DNA of 63,467 bases, counting the filler, from Craspedostauros australis (Eukaryota), in assembly GCA_030167865.1 (NCBI GenBank). It is 9 parts of 9 records of this genome, joined end to end, with 100 filler letters (N's around TTAATTAATTAA, not from the genome) between each part and the next. Parts side by side here need not be neighbours in the genome. Positions count along the whole stretch, not along the records: positions 1 to 30,038 come from JALAGF010003612.1; positions 30,139 to 37,484 come from JALAGF010003617.1; 7 more parts are not named here. One strand, 5' to 3'. This document shows, piece by piece, positions 23,713 to 35,586 of the stretch. The notes under the pieces were generated by a model. It did not search any database, was not told the origin of the DNA, and saw nothing but the letters and a program-made list of their open reading frames with translations. The number at the start of each line of letters is the position of its first letter. Position 1 is the first letter of the stretch. The translations under genes were made by a program, and so were the position numbers.

Positions 23713-24876
23713 ATGAAGTCATCCCTTGTCATCGCGAGCTTCGCCGTCGTCCTCGCGACATCCGAGGCGTTCGTGCCGCAACCGCAGCAACCACGGTCGG
23801 CACGCACTGCCGTCCATGGCTACGTCCCATCTGGTTTCACTCCAGAACAGTACAAGAAGTTCAAGCGGGACGAGGCCAAGAAGGTCAACAAGAAGAAGAA
23901 CTTGGGTGGCCTCGGACCGCGCGGCTTCCAGAGCCGATCGATGCAGTCCTTCCAAGAGGCCTTGGAGCGTGGTGAGGCCGAGCATCTCCTGCCCGTCTTC
24001 AATGCCAAGGAGCGCGTGCGCAAGGGGGAGATCAAGCAGACCGATATTCCCGTGAGTCGTTGTGTTGGTTGGTGACGTGTGTTGTGGTGTGGTGTGGTGT
24101 GGTGTGTTGTGACTTGCAACGCAACGCGATGCAATGCAATGCAATGCAATGCAATGCAATTGGAATGTACTTGGATAGAGTGTGGTGATTGTAGTCTGAT
24201 ACGATGCATACTCGTAGTCTCGTACTGACTCTACCATCAGCGATGTGAACGTGGCCAACTCACCAAATCATCCTTGCTCGAACCATCACTTTTGAACTCT
24301 CACCTACTCCTCACACCATACACCATACACCGTGACGTAACACTGGGAAATGCTCCATTCTACATACAATTCTGGATGCAGTACATGCAACGAGGAGGTA
24401 AGTGTTGTGCAGAATGGCGATTGGATGAGCTACTCTCGAGTGTTTTGAAGAGCTTGATGGATCTGTGTCACTCACACGTTCTTCTCAAACATTGATCGCC
24501 TCTCCTTTTCTATCCCTGCTTTTGCCATGCCATCACTCACCTACTGCCTTCCTTCAATCCACAACCAACGAACTCACTCTCCAAAGGCGCATGGGACAAC
24601 TCCGACGTCAAGGGTGCCAAGAAGAAGGCCTGGCTCTCGTCGGACAAGGAATACGCATCAGGAGGATACCGCAGGGAGCAGAGCGTGTCCATCTTTGGGA
24701 ACGGATCAGGGTTGGACTGGACCGGATCCAAGGCCCGCTCGACGCCCTCTGAATCCGTCGTGGGCGCCGCACCCAAATTCGCCAAGAACTACAAGGCCCC
24801 CAACGTCAAGGATCTGAAGAAACCAAGCAGCGATAGTGGCGGCGAGGACAAGAAGAAGTTCTTTGGCTTGTTTTAA
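23713..24876 (+). CDS. Plastid-targeted basic protein of unknown function, 3 exons including a 16-nt micro-exon
   Basis: MKSSLVIASFAVVLATSEA-FVP. Exons 23713-24051, 24382-24397, 24587-24876 join in frame to ..DIPYMQRGGAWDNSD..KKKFFGLF. Confidence 0.8.
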
Positions 24877-25317
24877 AGTATAGAGTAGCCATGTGCGCAG
24901 ATCACAGTGTCATAGTGGAGTAGAGTAACAGGACTGCGCGCGTGGCACCATTAGGGTACGTGCGAGCTATGGTACGACTACTGGTGTGGAGGATAGATCG
25001 TATTGGCAGAGTGGTGAGCTGCGAAAGTACCTCAAATTGTTGGTGTGTGACGATTGCGGAGCCATCAACAAGATCCAATTTCCCAAAAATGAGACAATCG
25101 TTGACAACCAACCACCGCACACAAACCACACACATCCTCCTTCTTGCACAAACCTGACCAAGCCAAGGAGCACCAATTCATCGTCGAGACCCAAGCCTTC
25201 CTCGCCTCGGCGCAAACGAAGAACGCATCAACACCATTGAACACTCTTCATATCAATGCAAACCCTGACCTACGTGCAAGTACCAATACCAACAGAAACG
25301 GAAACAGGAACAACGTT

Positions 25318-26232
25318 ATGAAAACGGCATCTCTTCTTCGATTGGCTCTTCCGCGTGGGTGCATCATAATCGCCATGATCATTACCATGATGGCTGGTTG
25401 TGTCATGGCCAGACAAGCATCGGCGTCACGTCGGTTCGTGTCATCGGTCGCAGCGTTCGTCGGACCGCATCACTCCCAACATCAACATGCTCGTAGAGTT
25501 GTGATATCAAAATCGATGCCGATGTTGCCCATTTCTACTTCCATGCACTATACGGATCAATACAACCGACAGCATCGTCACACCCATCGGCATATCCAAA
25601 CCCAAAACCGCCGAAGCAGCTCCATGCAATTGATGGTCTCGTTTTCGGACACGGACCTGTGGGCCGTCCGCGTGGCATCCGCCGTTTCCACCTACCTCGG
25701 CTTCCTCATCTGGAGCGACCGCCCCAAAGGCAGCCTCACGGATGCCGGCAAGCAGTGCCTCGCTGTGTCGAGCAGCAGCGTCGCCGGCAAAGGCGTCTTC
25801 GTCACGCAATCCATGCCCGCCAACACCGTCCTCGGCACGTACCCCGGCGTTGTTCTGCCTCTCAACGCACAGCAGGCCTCCAAGGCGCAGCAATTTCCCC
25901 AATGCGAGGCCTACGTGTGGCGATTCAGCGACAATCAGCAGATCATCGATCCCACAGATTCGCAAGGCATCTGTCAGGATGTCTGCAACGGCGGTTCGGT
26001 CATGATCGGTTCGCAGCCGCTGTTTGAGTACGTGCTGGGTCCTCTCGGCTTTCGGGTGCCCACGACGTTGTGCCGCATCAATGAACCGCCCAAGGGAATG
26101 GATGTGAACGTCGTGACGAATGAAGATTTGGAGACGCGCACGGTGACATTCCTCTTGGAGCGCGATGTCTTTGAGGGTGAAGAGCTTTTCATCGATTACG
26201 GATTGACGTACGATCGCACCAAGTACCAGTGA
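25318..26232 (+). CDS. SET-domain protein (putative lysine methyltransferase), probable plastid targeting
   Basis: SSVAGKGVFV..LGTYPG, RINEP, RDVFEGEELFIDYG..Y; hydrophobic N-terminus followed by AAFVG. Confidence 0.82.
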   Translation: MKTASLLRLALPRGCIIIAMIITMMAGCVMARQASASRRFVSSVAAFVGPHHSQHQHARRVVISKSMPMLPISTSMHYTDQYNRQHRHTHRHIQTQNRRSSSMQLMVSFSDTDLWAVRVASAVSTYLGFLIWSDRPKGSLTDAGKQCLAVSSSSVAGKGVFVTQSMPANTVLGTYPGVVLPLNAQQASKAQQFPQCEAYVWRFSDNQQIIDPTDSQGICQDVCNGGSVMIGSQPLFEYVLGPLGFRVPTTLCRINEPPKGMDVNVVTNEDLETRTVTFLLERDVFEGEELFIDYGLTYDRTKYQ

Positions 26233-26898
26233 GGTGGATCTTGCGAGAGCTAACTCCGTCGAAGGTCGCTGGTGCAGTTGCCGGAGTTTGAGCATCGGCA
26301 TGCTGTGCGTGGACGAAAGAGAGGCGCGGAGTGCTGAGTGATGGAGCTGGTGAAATGGCATCTATTGGATAGCAGTGGAGCAACTCCTTCTTCCACCACA
26401 TGCATTACTTGCATGCAAGAAACCAACTGAAGTTTTACCTATGTACAGGACGTAATCAACCCATCGGCGCCCAAAGAGACGGCTCTTGTCACCTCCCCAA
26501 GTCTTGCTGGCCGATTGTGGTCGAAGCTATCTAATCTCATGTCAATAGACTTCCCTCCATATCATTATCCACGACTGCGGAACAGCATTGTTTTCTTCTT
26601 TCAGCATCCCCACACATCGTCAGTGCCATCACACACGCCAAACACAACTGAACTGTCCCACCACCGCTCATTCATTCATTCATTCATCGCAACGGAACGG
26701 AACGCAGCACGACGCAATACCGAGAGATACCAAGACAGAGACTGATCATCACATCCATCTCTCACGCAGCGATACCAACATCCCAACTTCTACAAATCCA
26801 AGAGCCGCAGTCAACGCAATACCTCCCTCATCAAACAATACAATACCATACAATACTCAACCACTCACCGGCTTGCATACCATACGACTGCAGAGACG

Positions 26899-28987
26899 AT
26901 GCTACGACCATCACTGTTGATGCCATTGGCAACGCTCGCATTGGCGGTCGTCATTGTGCCAACGCACACAGATGCGTGGGTGGTGCCGCAGCGCAGCTCG
27001 GTGTCAGGCCTGCAACCAGGTGCATTCAAGCGCATGTTCTCGTGCAGTCCATCTGCCTTGCAGCCATCATCCGTTGCCGACGCCACCATGGATGGCACGA
27101 CACAAGACGGCCAAACGGAAAACATCACGCTGCGGACGCTGTACGAACGATCGGAACCGTATTTCCAAGGGATGCTTGCGGTGGATGACACGCATAGCTT
27201 GCATTACGAGCTGTACGGAAGACAAATCCCCGAAGACGGCAACGACGGCAACGTCGATGATACTGAACGACACATCCCCACAGCCCTGTTCCTGCATGGC
27301 GGTCCAGGCGCTGGTTGCAACCCCAACCACGCCAGGTTCTTTGATCCGACGAAGTACCGGATCGTGTTGCTGGACCAGCGTGGATGCGGACAGAGCACGC
27401 CGTATGGCGAAGTGGAAAACAACACGCTGCACGACCTGATTGAGGATTTGGAGGCCCTACGCTCCGTCCTCAAGATGGAACGATTCGACATCATCTTCGG
27501 CGGCTCGTGGGGCACGACGCTGGCGCTGGCCTATGCGCAGCGATATCCGCAAACAACCGGGGCGTTGCTGCTGCGTGGGATTTGTACATTTCGGCAATGC
27601 GAGATCGATTGGTTGTTCGCGGCGAATGGTGGCATCGCCAAGCGCAATCCAAGCACCTGGCAACGGTTCCAAAGCGCTGTCAACGTCACCGACGAGGACA
27701 ATGAGCGGTATCCAAGGAGCGTGCTGCAGGCTTACAACTCCATCTTCCTCCAGAATGGCAACGTCCCCAACAGCACAGCGCAGAACATCTCGAGATCGTG
27801 GATGGGATTCGAGTTCATGGCATCTGTGTCGCACACCCTCGAACAGGACGAGACAGCGGTAGCGACAGCGTCAGAGATGCAGCAAGCGGTGCTTCAGCCC
27901 GATGATGGATCGAAACAGCCGATGAACTTCTCGCAGATCATGGAGCAGTCGAAGAAGTATGACTCGACATCGGGACCTGTCGCGGTGTGCAAACAGAGTC
28001 CCGATGGAACTGACGTCTGGTCACTGGAAGAACTCCAGACCTCATCGCAGGAAGTGCCTGCTGCTTTTGCTGCTGCGAGTAGTGACGACATCTCGCGAAT
28101 GATACATGCTCTGCGTCAGAACATCCCGGAACTTGAAGGAGAGTCGGACTCTTTCGCAGCAAGAAGTGCTGCACAACAGCCATCATCTCCTTCACATTTG
28201 GCAGGCACCGTCACGAAGAACACCACCCAATTCTCTGCCCAGAACATCCTCACCTGCTACTACTCCGCCAACATCGATCACGTCATGGATGCGGTGCCAG
28301 ACATACTCCGGAATGTCGACAGGTTGCACAGCATACCATGCGTCGCCGTGCAAGGTGGCAAGGATCGAATCACGTGAGTGCTTGCGCGAGCTTTGATACT
28401 TGTTCGCCTCTCCGCGGTTCCCTGCAGCTGTTTTGTCTTTGTCATTGGCAGCGCTGTGGATGCCCTCGCCGCTCTGGTTGATCTGATGTCATGGACTGGT
28501 CGTACTCTGTGTGATGTGGCACCGCATAACATGATTTGCGCCGCGAGTGCGGACAGGATGGCAGAGAAAGCGCTTCATCCAGTATTCGCGATACAATGTC
28601 ATGATGTGGACCTTTGTCTCCGGATTCGAGTGAGGGGTTGTTTGTGCTCGTCCCCTTGGCGATGGTTTGCATCATGGTGGCGTGATGCGTGGTGTCTGTT
28701 TCCCCAGCCTCTCACTTCTCTCTCCCCTCCGTGCGTATTCGGACGCTCTGTTCTCCCCAACCGCGACCTGGCTTCCGCTGGACTTGAACATCCTCAACGA
28801 ATCACCCCTCGCGAATGGTATCGCTCGCGGCAACGCTGGTAACAGCCCGATTGACACAGCGCTGGAGCTGAAAGCCAGATGGCCTGCCCTGGAATTGCGC
28901 GTTCCCACCAAGGCTGGTCACTCCATGTACGATCCTGCCATCACCCACGAGATCGTCCAAGCCACCGATCGGTTCGTCTCCAAATGA
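26899..28987 (+). CDS. pip: Proline iminopeptidase (peptidase S33), probable plastid targeting, 2 exons
   Basis: LHGGPG, DQRGCG.STP, GGSWG (catalytic Ser), LRGI, QG.KD, AGHS. Intron 28374-28845; signal peptide then AW. Confidence 0.9.
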
Positions 28988-29508
28988 TGATGACGACAAC
29001 GACGATGATGATGATGATTCTGGAGAGGCAGAAATAGAAACGATCAGGAGAGCGTACTTGTACAAGGTATGAGCATGTGGAGAGCCGCATGTCATGGGAT
29101 TCAATGAGTTCCAATTAAAGTTCAAGAGCAACACCAACGATTAGAAGGGAACCAACGCAGGGGCCTCAGAAACAACGACAACAACAACACCAACAGCCAA
29201 GTATAAGCGATCTCGCTGCAGTCACCAAGAGAGTCGACCCAAAGAGCTGATCCCCAGATAGGGATGGGAAACATAGGTCATACATGCGCTATCATCGGTC
29301 GTCATCCGTCCAGTCGCAGATGTTCTCACCAAGAGAGTCGCAAGCGAAATCTCTTTCTTCACGCCACCACCGCCATCGTCGTGGCCTCTCGTGTCGATTG
29401 CTAATTGCATGTGCTGGCGAAATAGCGGATTGGTTGATCGGAATAACGTGGGCGGGCACATGCCCCTCCTGACGATTGAAATAACGCGTGAGCATGTTTG
29501 AATGATAT

Positions 29509-30038
29509 TAGAGGCCTATCGCATTTCACATTGGGAGTCCCACGGTACAAAATAACCTGATAATGATATTTTTAGAGGGGCAACATGCGAACTTCCCCCT
29601 CGGAAAGTGAAACTCGATTGCGTTTTAGGAGCCAAAAACACAATTGAGTTTCACATTGCAGTCCCGGCAANCCAACCTTCCACGTGTTGGAACGAAACNA
29701 ATGGCCAATCATTTCTCTTCATTTGCAGAAATGTTGAGTCGTCCTTGTCGTAACAATGATATTTTTTTGAGATGCTAGTGATGATGAAACTAGCATTCCG
29801 AATGAGAGGTGCATGGAGCGATAGAGAGCGATTAAGATGTCGAATATGCCTGTAAGCTTCACATATGATATCTACGCGCAAATATAAAAGGACCCCTTCA
29901 TGATCCAGCTGAGGAATCTTTGCTCATATCCTAGTTCACCCGATACAACATCCACGGCGTGTTCCTGATGCTCTGAGGACTAGTGTAGTCAGATACGACC
30001 AGGGACTTCGACCAACGCGCATTTTGCATCTTTTGGAG
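29509..30038. mobile_element. Second, diverged copy of the 1.1-kb TIR element, truncated by contig end
   Basis: Starts TAGAGGCCTATCGCATTTCACATT and aligns by eye to 2811-3339 with scattered substitutions. Confidence 0.9.
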
Positions 30039-30138
30039 NNNNNNNNNNNNNNNNNNNNNNNNNNNNNNNNNNNNNNNNNNNNTTAATTAATTAANNNNNN
30101 NNNNNNNNNNNNNNNNNNNNNNNNNNNNNNNNNNNNNN
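30039..30138. other. Artificial contig spacer N44-TTAATTAATTAA-N44 (also 37485-37584, 40052-40151, 42619-42718, 48115-48214, 53611-53710, 57978-58077, 60152-60251)
   Basis: Identical 100-bp blocks containing a six-frame stop linker. Confidence 0.98.
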
Positions 30139-30285
30139 TTGATGACGCAGTTGGCGGCAAGCTTTTGCCACAGGAGGATGTCCATGTCGTGTGATGACAA
30201 CGCCTTGCCGTGCAATCCCGATTGTTGCCACAGAGTGGACATCTCATTCGCGAAATCCGTGTTGGTCTCGGTCTGTTCAATGTAG
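30139..30285 (-). pseudogene. Fragment resembling ketopantoate reductase (PanE/ApbA) at the start of its C-terminal domain
   Basis: ..SGLHGKALSSHDMDILLWQKLAANCVI(N) matches the PanE LWxKLxxNxxIN motif; runs into the gap; no room for the N-terminal domain before the AMT locus. Confidence 0.55.
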
Positions 30286-30568
30286 GACTTGCCTTTTCCC
30301 GCGTAGTCTATGTGCTGGATACTGTATTGGTACCGATCAAAAGTGAAAAGGAATTGGTCGTCCGATGGAAGTAGGAGACTTCCAACTTCTGCTGCTACGA
30401 CTACGACGGACATTGTGTATCACTCCAGAGCCATGCCACACAACATTGTTTGTATGTATGTACTGATATCGCAACGTGCCGCATCCCACCGAATATTGGC
30501 AGGCATGGGCAGCACTTGTTTCTCCGAACAAAGATGGCAAAACCAGCAACAGCAGCAGCATTTCTGGC

Positions 30569-31984
30569 TCACTGCTGGTGCATGTATCCTTCGTCACCGT
30601 CGCTCCGTCTCTCATTCCTCGCCTGGGGACCGTTCGTGGAATTGCTGGGATCTTCGTCGTCCGTCAAGGTCGCAGCCTGCCCCCGCGCGATGCGCTCACC
30701 GCCCAGCATGTCCTTGGCACGGTCGCGGAATTCCTGCATCTTCAGCGGCGTGAGCTGCTTCGTGCCGAGCCTGCCGGTCTGCAGCGTCTGATCCACGAGC
30801 GTTTGGTAGATGGTGTGTTGGTGTTCGTCGAGGAAGCCGCCGCCGTCGCCACCAGGGTGAATGCCACCGTGGAAGGACTTGTCGAGTCGCAGCACCTCGT
30901 CCTTGACGGAACTGCGGAACAGGCCCGGGCTGGCGAGGATGCAGAAGAACGGCAGCATGAAGACGAGCGCCCAGCCCATGACGAAGACCATGCCCACGCA
31001 CTGCGCACCGAGCAGGTGGAACAGTTTTGTATCGGCGTCGTTGAAGATGCCGTGGAACAGACCAGCATGGTCCGAGACGCCGTACGCCTGCTGCATGCGC
31101 GTGGGCGATGCAAAGAGACCGACGCTGATGAGGCCTCACGCATCGCAGAACATGTGGCCGGGGACGGCGTTGACGACGTCATCGATGCGCCAGCGAACGA
31201 GCAAGGCGGAACCGGCCAGGTACAATATGCCGCCGATCATGCTGATGAGGACGGCCGCCCAAGGTTCGACGACACCGCATCCTGCCGTGATGGAGACCAG
31301 GCCGCTGAGGACGCCGTTCATGGCAGGATCGAGATCGTAGTGCGCCTGGCCTTCGATGATGTCCTGCGCGATCATGTTGACGATGAGGGGTGTGATGCCT
31401 GCCGCTCCAGCAGCCAGGGTCGTGTTGGTCGCTGACAGCGCCGCGATCGTCGCCTCGAAGTCCGATCCCAGCAGCAGCACGGAGCCCGAGTTGAAGCCGT
31501 ACCAGCAGAACCACAGAATGAGCTTGCCGACCATCTGAAGACGAAGAAGGGGAGATCATGGTGGTGTGTGTGTGTGAGAGAGAGAGAGAGATACACACAG
31601 GCAACAGGGAGACGAGTACTGGTACGGATCAAGATCTTTGGCACGGCCAATCAACTCCCCACACTACTCTCTGGAGCAACCAGAGCTATGCCAACACAAG
31701 GCAAAGCCTTTGCCTTCACTTCCCTTCCCAATACACAACACACCACAACTCGACGTACCTGCAAACTAATGGAATGCCCCGTTATCTTGCGCGGAATCCC
31801 CAGAATCTCCCCCGTGACTTCGTCATGGAACCGGCCACGCCTGGCACCCACCAACCACGCCGCGATGAAGGCACTGAATCCACCCGTGAGATGCACGACC
31901 CCGCTGCCAGCCACGTCTATGACGCCAATGTCCCACAACGGCTTGTCGACGAAGGAAATGAGGAGTCCATCTTCGCTACTCGAA
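30569..31984 (-). pseudogene. AMT: Ammonium transporter (AMT1-type) pseudogene
   Basis: GVIDVAGSGVVHLTGG, intron 31758-31535, LWFCWYGFNSGS, NTTLAA, NGVLSGLVSITAGC, IDDVVNAVPGH. In-frame TGA at 31138-31136; N-terminal helices missing; conserved residues altered. Confidence 0.85.
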
Positions 31985-32422
31985 CGGTGTCAATGTCCCC
32001 TTGTCAGGCGATGTCAGGGTTGGTATAGCTTATTACGGTTGTTGGCTATACTTGGAGTTGCCGTTCGATTTGGTGGCATCAGGATGCCGCGTTGTTGTTG
32101 TTTTGGCTGTTGTTGTTCCTCCCGCTGGTGTTGTTGGTGTTCAGATTATGTTCGTCGTTGACACCAAATCGTGATTCAGACTCGGGAATCAGAATATCCT
32201 TGTGATTCTTGGTTGTTGGTGTGATCTTTTCTTCGTTCACTCTCTGCGCGTAACCTGCTGCAAAGAGCAAGCAAGAAACATCCACAACCAACACAAGGAG
32301 GTACACCATAACGCGTATTCCACGAAGCATCGCATAAAATCATCGAGCGTTCCATTGCAACCATCTGGCACAAGTCTTTGATCACGAATAACAGGACAAC
32401 GACAGCGCAACACGGCTGAACG

Positions 32423-35400
32423 ATGGCACGCAGCGTTGATTCTCCATCATCTCGGAGAACGACGGCAACGGCGGCCACATCCGCAAGAAGCCAACAGGGA
32501 TCGTCCATCCGCACATCGCGCAGCAATGGTCACAGCGCAAGTCACGACCACGCAGACGACCAGTTCAGCCATTCGGACGAGTCTCACTTTCGCCACGCGC
32601 AGCACGATGACATCACAGAGACGCCCTCGCTCGAACCAGGCATGGTGTGCGTCAGCGTGATCGATCGCGGTCCGCGTCTGGCATTTGCTTGCTACCGCCA
32701 AGATGATCACGAGATCGTGGTGCAGGATTGTCCCTCGACTGGCCAGGATGTGGAGACGCTGATCGACGAGTTCTTCCAACGCACGCAACCGACGCTGATC
32801 CTGGTGAGCCTCAAGATGTTGGGCAATACCGCGTTGATGGATCTGCTGACCAGTCAACGAGCGTCTGTGGTTGCTGCACAAGTGGGTGCTCGTCATGATC
32901 CAACGGTAGGGACTGATGACGGCAACTCTGCTGTTGGCAACGCGAACAAACGACCACGCAGTGACTTGGGGGCGACCGTCGCCCAACCCGCCGAGCAGCA
33001 ACAGCAGTCGCAACAGTTGCAACAGCCGCAGGCAAAGATTCCATACCGAATCCTCAAGAGCAGCTCGTACAACATGGCGACCTGCACCTCGACGATCATG
33101 AACAACCTCCATGTTCTTTCACTGCGCCGGAGACTCCAGCAACCCCAACAACGGGAGAGACGCAATCGTGGTCCTCCGCTCGTGCGCCAGTTTGCCAACG
33201 ACAACACGGTCTACCGTCAGCCATCGGTGTACAATGCCATGGCAGCACTCATCGACTGGGACTCCAGCATCCTGGTGCAGGCATTGGGATCGCTGCTCTC
33301 CTTCCTCCTGCAAACGCCCATTTATTCCATGGATGGAATCGTGACGGTCAACGGCCTCGCCCAAATTTACCCTCACCAATTCATGTACGTGCCAACCCAA
33401 ACCTACCAGTCGCTGCACATCTTCGCCACGGACCATCATCCCCTCGCGCTGGCGGGCGGATCCTGCCGCAGTGGTGGTGGGCGATCGAAGGAGGGGTGGT
33501 CCCTGTTCTCCTTGCTCGACAGAACCAGATCCAAAGGCGGTCGGTTAGTGCTGCGCGAATGGATGATGAGACCATTGCAATGCATCGATGCCATCCGACA
33601 ACGCCAGGATACTGTCGAGCTCTTTCTGCGTCCGGATCTTGCGACCGCCGTCGGTAAACTTCTGACTCTGCTTGCAAAAGTAGGCCCGGTTCACACCGTC
33701 TTGCACCGCATTCAACGATGCGTCACGCAACCGCAAGATCTCGTCGTCCTCGTTCGGACCTTGTCATCAGCGATCGGCATTTACCACGTCCTGCGGCAAG
33801 ATCTGAGAGTGACCGCGGACAGCATCGTCGGGGAAGGCCCGCATGGGGCTGATGCGCAGCAAGGGTTGCTTGGCAGCATTGCGGATCGGATTGATGTCGA
33901 TATCATGGACGCGTTGTCGCAGCAGATCGCAACCGTCATTGATGAGCAGGCTTGCATGGACAACAAGGGCATCGTGATTCGCCGGGGGTTCAACGAACAG
34001 CTGGATAGCTGGAAGGACCAGTACGAAGACTTGCCCAGTAAGTGAAACCGGATACCTCCCATTCTGCTACATGCTGCTGCTTCCATGTTTGGAAAATAAT
34101 TGATCTGCTGCAGCATCATGCTGTGACATGCGACGGTGCCATGATGGTCGGCGCGACTGGTGGAGGTGCATATGCTCACACATTGATGATTGCCTTCACA
34201 CGTACAACTACTACTACTACTACTATGTGAGTGCACAACTGTGTCTTCTTCTGACTTATAATCGATGCTTCTTCATGCTCGATGTCGATTGATTCAGTCT
34301 TCCTGGAACACAAAGCGACCGAACTTCTTCAGGCATATCCATTGCTGCTGGATGTCACCGTCGTTTTCTTCCCGCAGATTGGCTTCCTCATTTCCCTCCC
34401 AACAATCACCGCCTTTCACACCGACAACGTCAACTTGCCTGCCGAATTCGAGCACAAGTTCAATCAGGACACGGACTCATTCTTCAAGAACCCTCTGACA
34501 CACGAGCTGGACGAAGAGATTGGTGATCTGGACATGTACATCAAGGACATGGAGGGGATGATCATCACAGAGCTTGAGGAGGAGGTCCTTGATTCCTTGT
34601 CGGAGCTCCAGTCGGCATTCCGGGCCCTGTCCGAGCTGGACTGCCTCCTGGCCTTCGCTGATTGTGCATCCAACTCCAACTACGTTCGGCCGACCATCGT
34701 GGCGAAGGAGAATCGCCAGGTCAAGATCATCAACGGTCGCCATCCTCTCCAGGAGATCACGGCGGAGCGGGGCTTTGTTCCCAACAGCACTGATTTCACG
34801 CAACACCAACGCGTGCACATCGTGACAGGCCCCAACTTCTCCGGAAAATCGTGCTATGCGCGTCAGGTCGGGCTGTTGGTGTACATGGCCCATATCGGAT
34901 CCTTCATTCCTTGCGACGAAGCCACGATATGCATCGTGCAGCAGATCTTCTCGCAGATAGGGTCCGTGGAGACGTGCGCTGTGCCCCAAAGCACCTTTCA
35001 GCTCGATCTCAGTCAGATGGGGAACATCTTGCGCAGAGCATCCAAGCATTCGCTCGTTCTGATCGATGAATTTGGCAAGGGCACCAGCCCGGCATCGGGC
35101 ATCGCCCTGCTCAAGGCAACGATGGACCGATTGGCCGCCGTGGGCGCGCATGTCGTTTGCACCACGCACTTTTTGGAGCTGTTTGCTGCCAACATGTTGC
35201 AGGATGGACGCAACGGGGTCAAGGCAAAGCAGATGACGGTCCAACTTCCCGACCACCGCAACGGCGACAACGCCAATCCCTTGTTCCGCCTGGCGAATGG
35301 CATTGCAAGCAGCTCTGCTGGACTGGTGTGCGCAAAGCAGGCTGGAGTGGATCGAAGCATCCTCGTTCGCGCAAGGGAGATCATCGATGCCATGCGCTGC

Positions 35401-35586
35401 GGTCGTCGAGTGTGGCCAATGTCAGAACTCCTCGATGGTGTGGCATCGCATGGAGGAGTGCAAAACCCACCGACGATTTCTGACGACGAACACAAACTGC
35501 TGAAGTGCTTTCTGGCAGTCGATCGTTGGGATGCGGCGGATGCGGATCGACTTCGCCAGCTGATCGTGAGCAGCGCAGCGATCTGA
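32423..35586 (+). CDS. MSH5: MutS homolog 5 (meiotic crossover protein), 2 exons
   Basis: SKEG.SLFSLLDRT, TGPNFSGKS.Y.RQV, MAHIGSFIP, STFQLDL.Q, DEFGKGT, TTHF; no mismatch-binding domain I. Intron 34038-34297. Confidence 0.9.

Noticed and set aside
18416..24160. Short microsatellites in introns and intergenic DNA (GAATT, CTACT, GA, GTGTG, TGCAA)
   Set aside because: Ordinary simple repeats with no higher-order structure.
30083..30094. TTAATTAATTAA recurring eight times as a possible biological repeat or target site
   Set aside because: Always centred in a 100-bp N block; an assembly linker. ORF ends reading XXXLIN are artefacts.
31136..31138. TGA in AMT as selenocysteine or readthrough
   Set aside because: It falls at a position where Trp is expected, in a gene that is also truncated and degenerate; a nonsense mutation is simpler.
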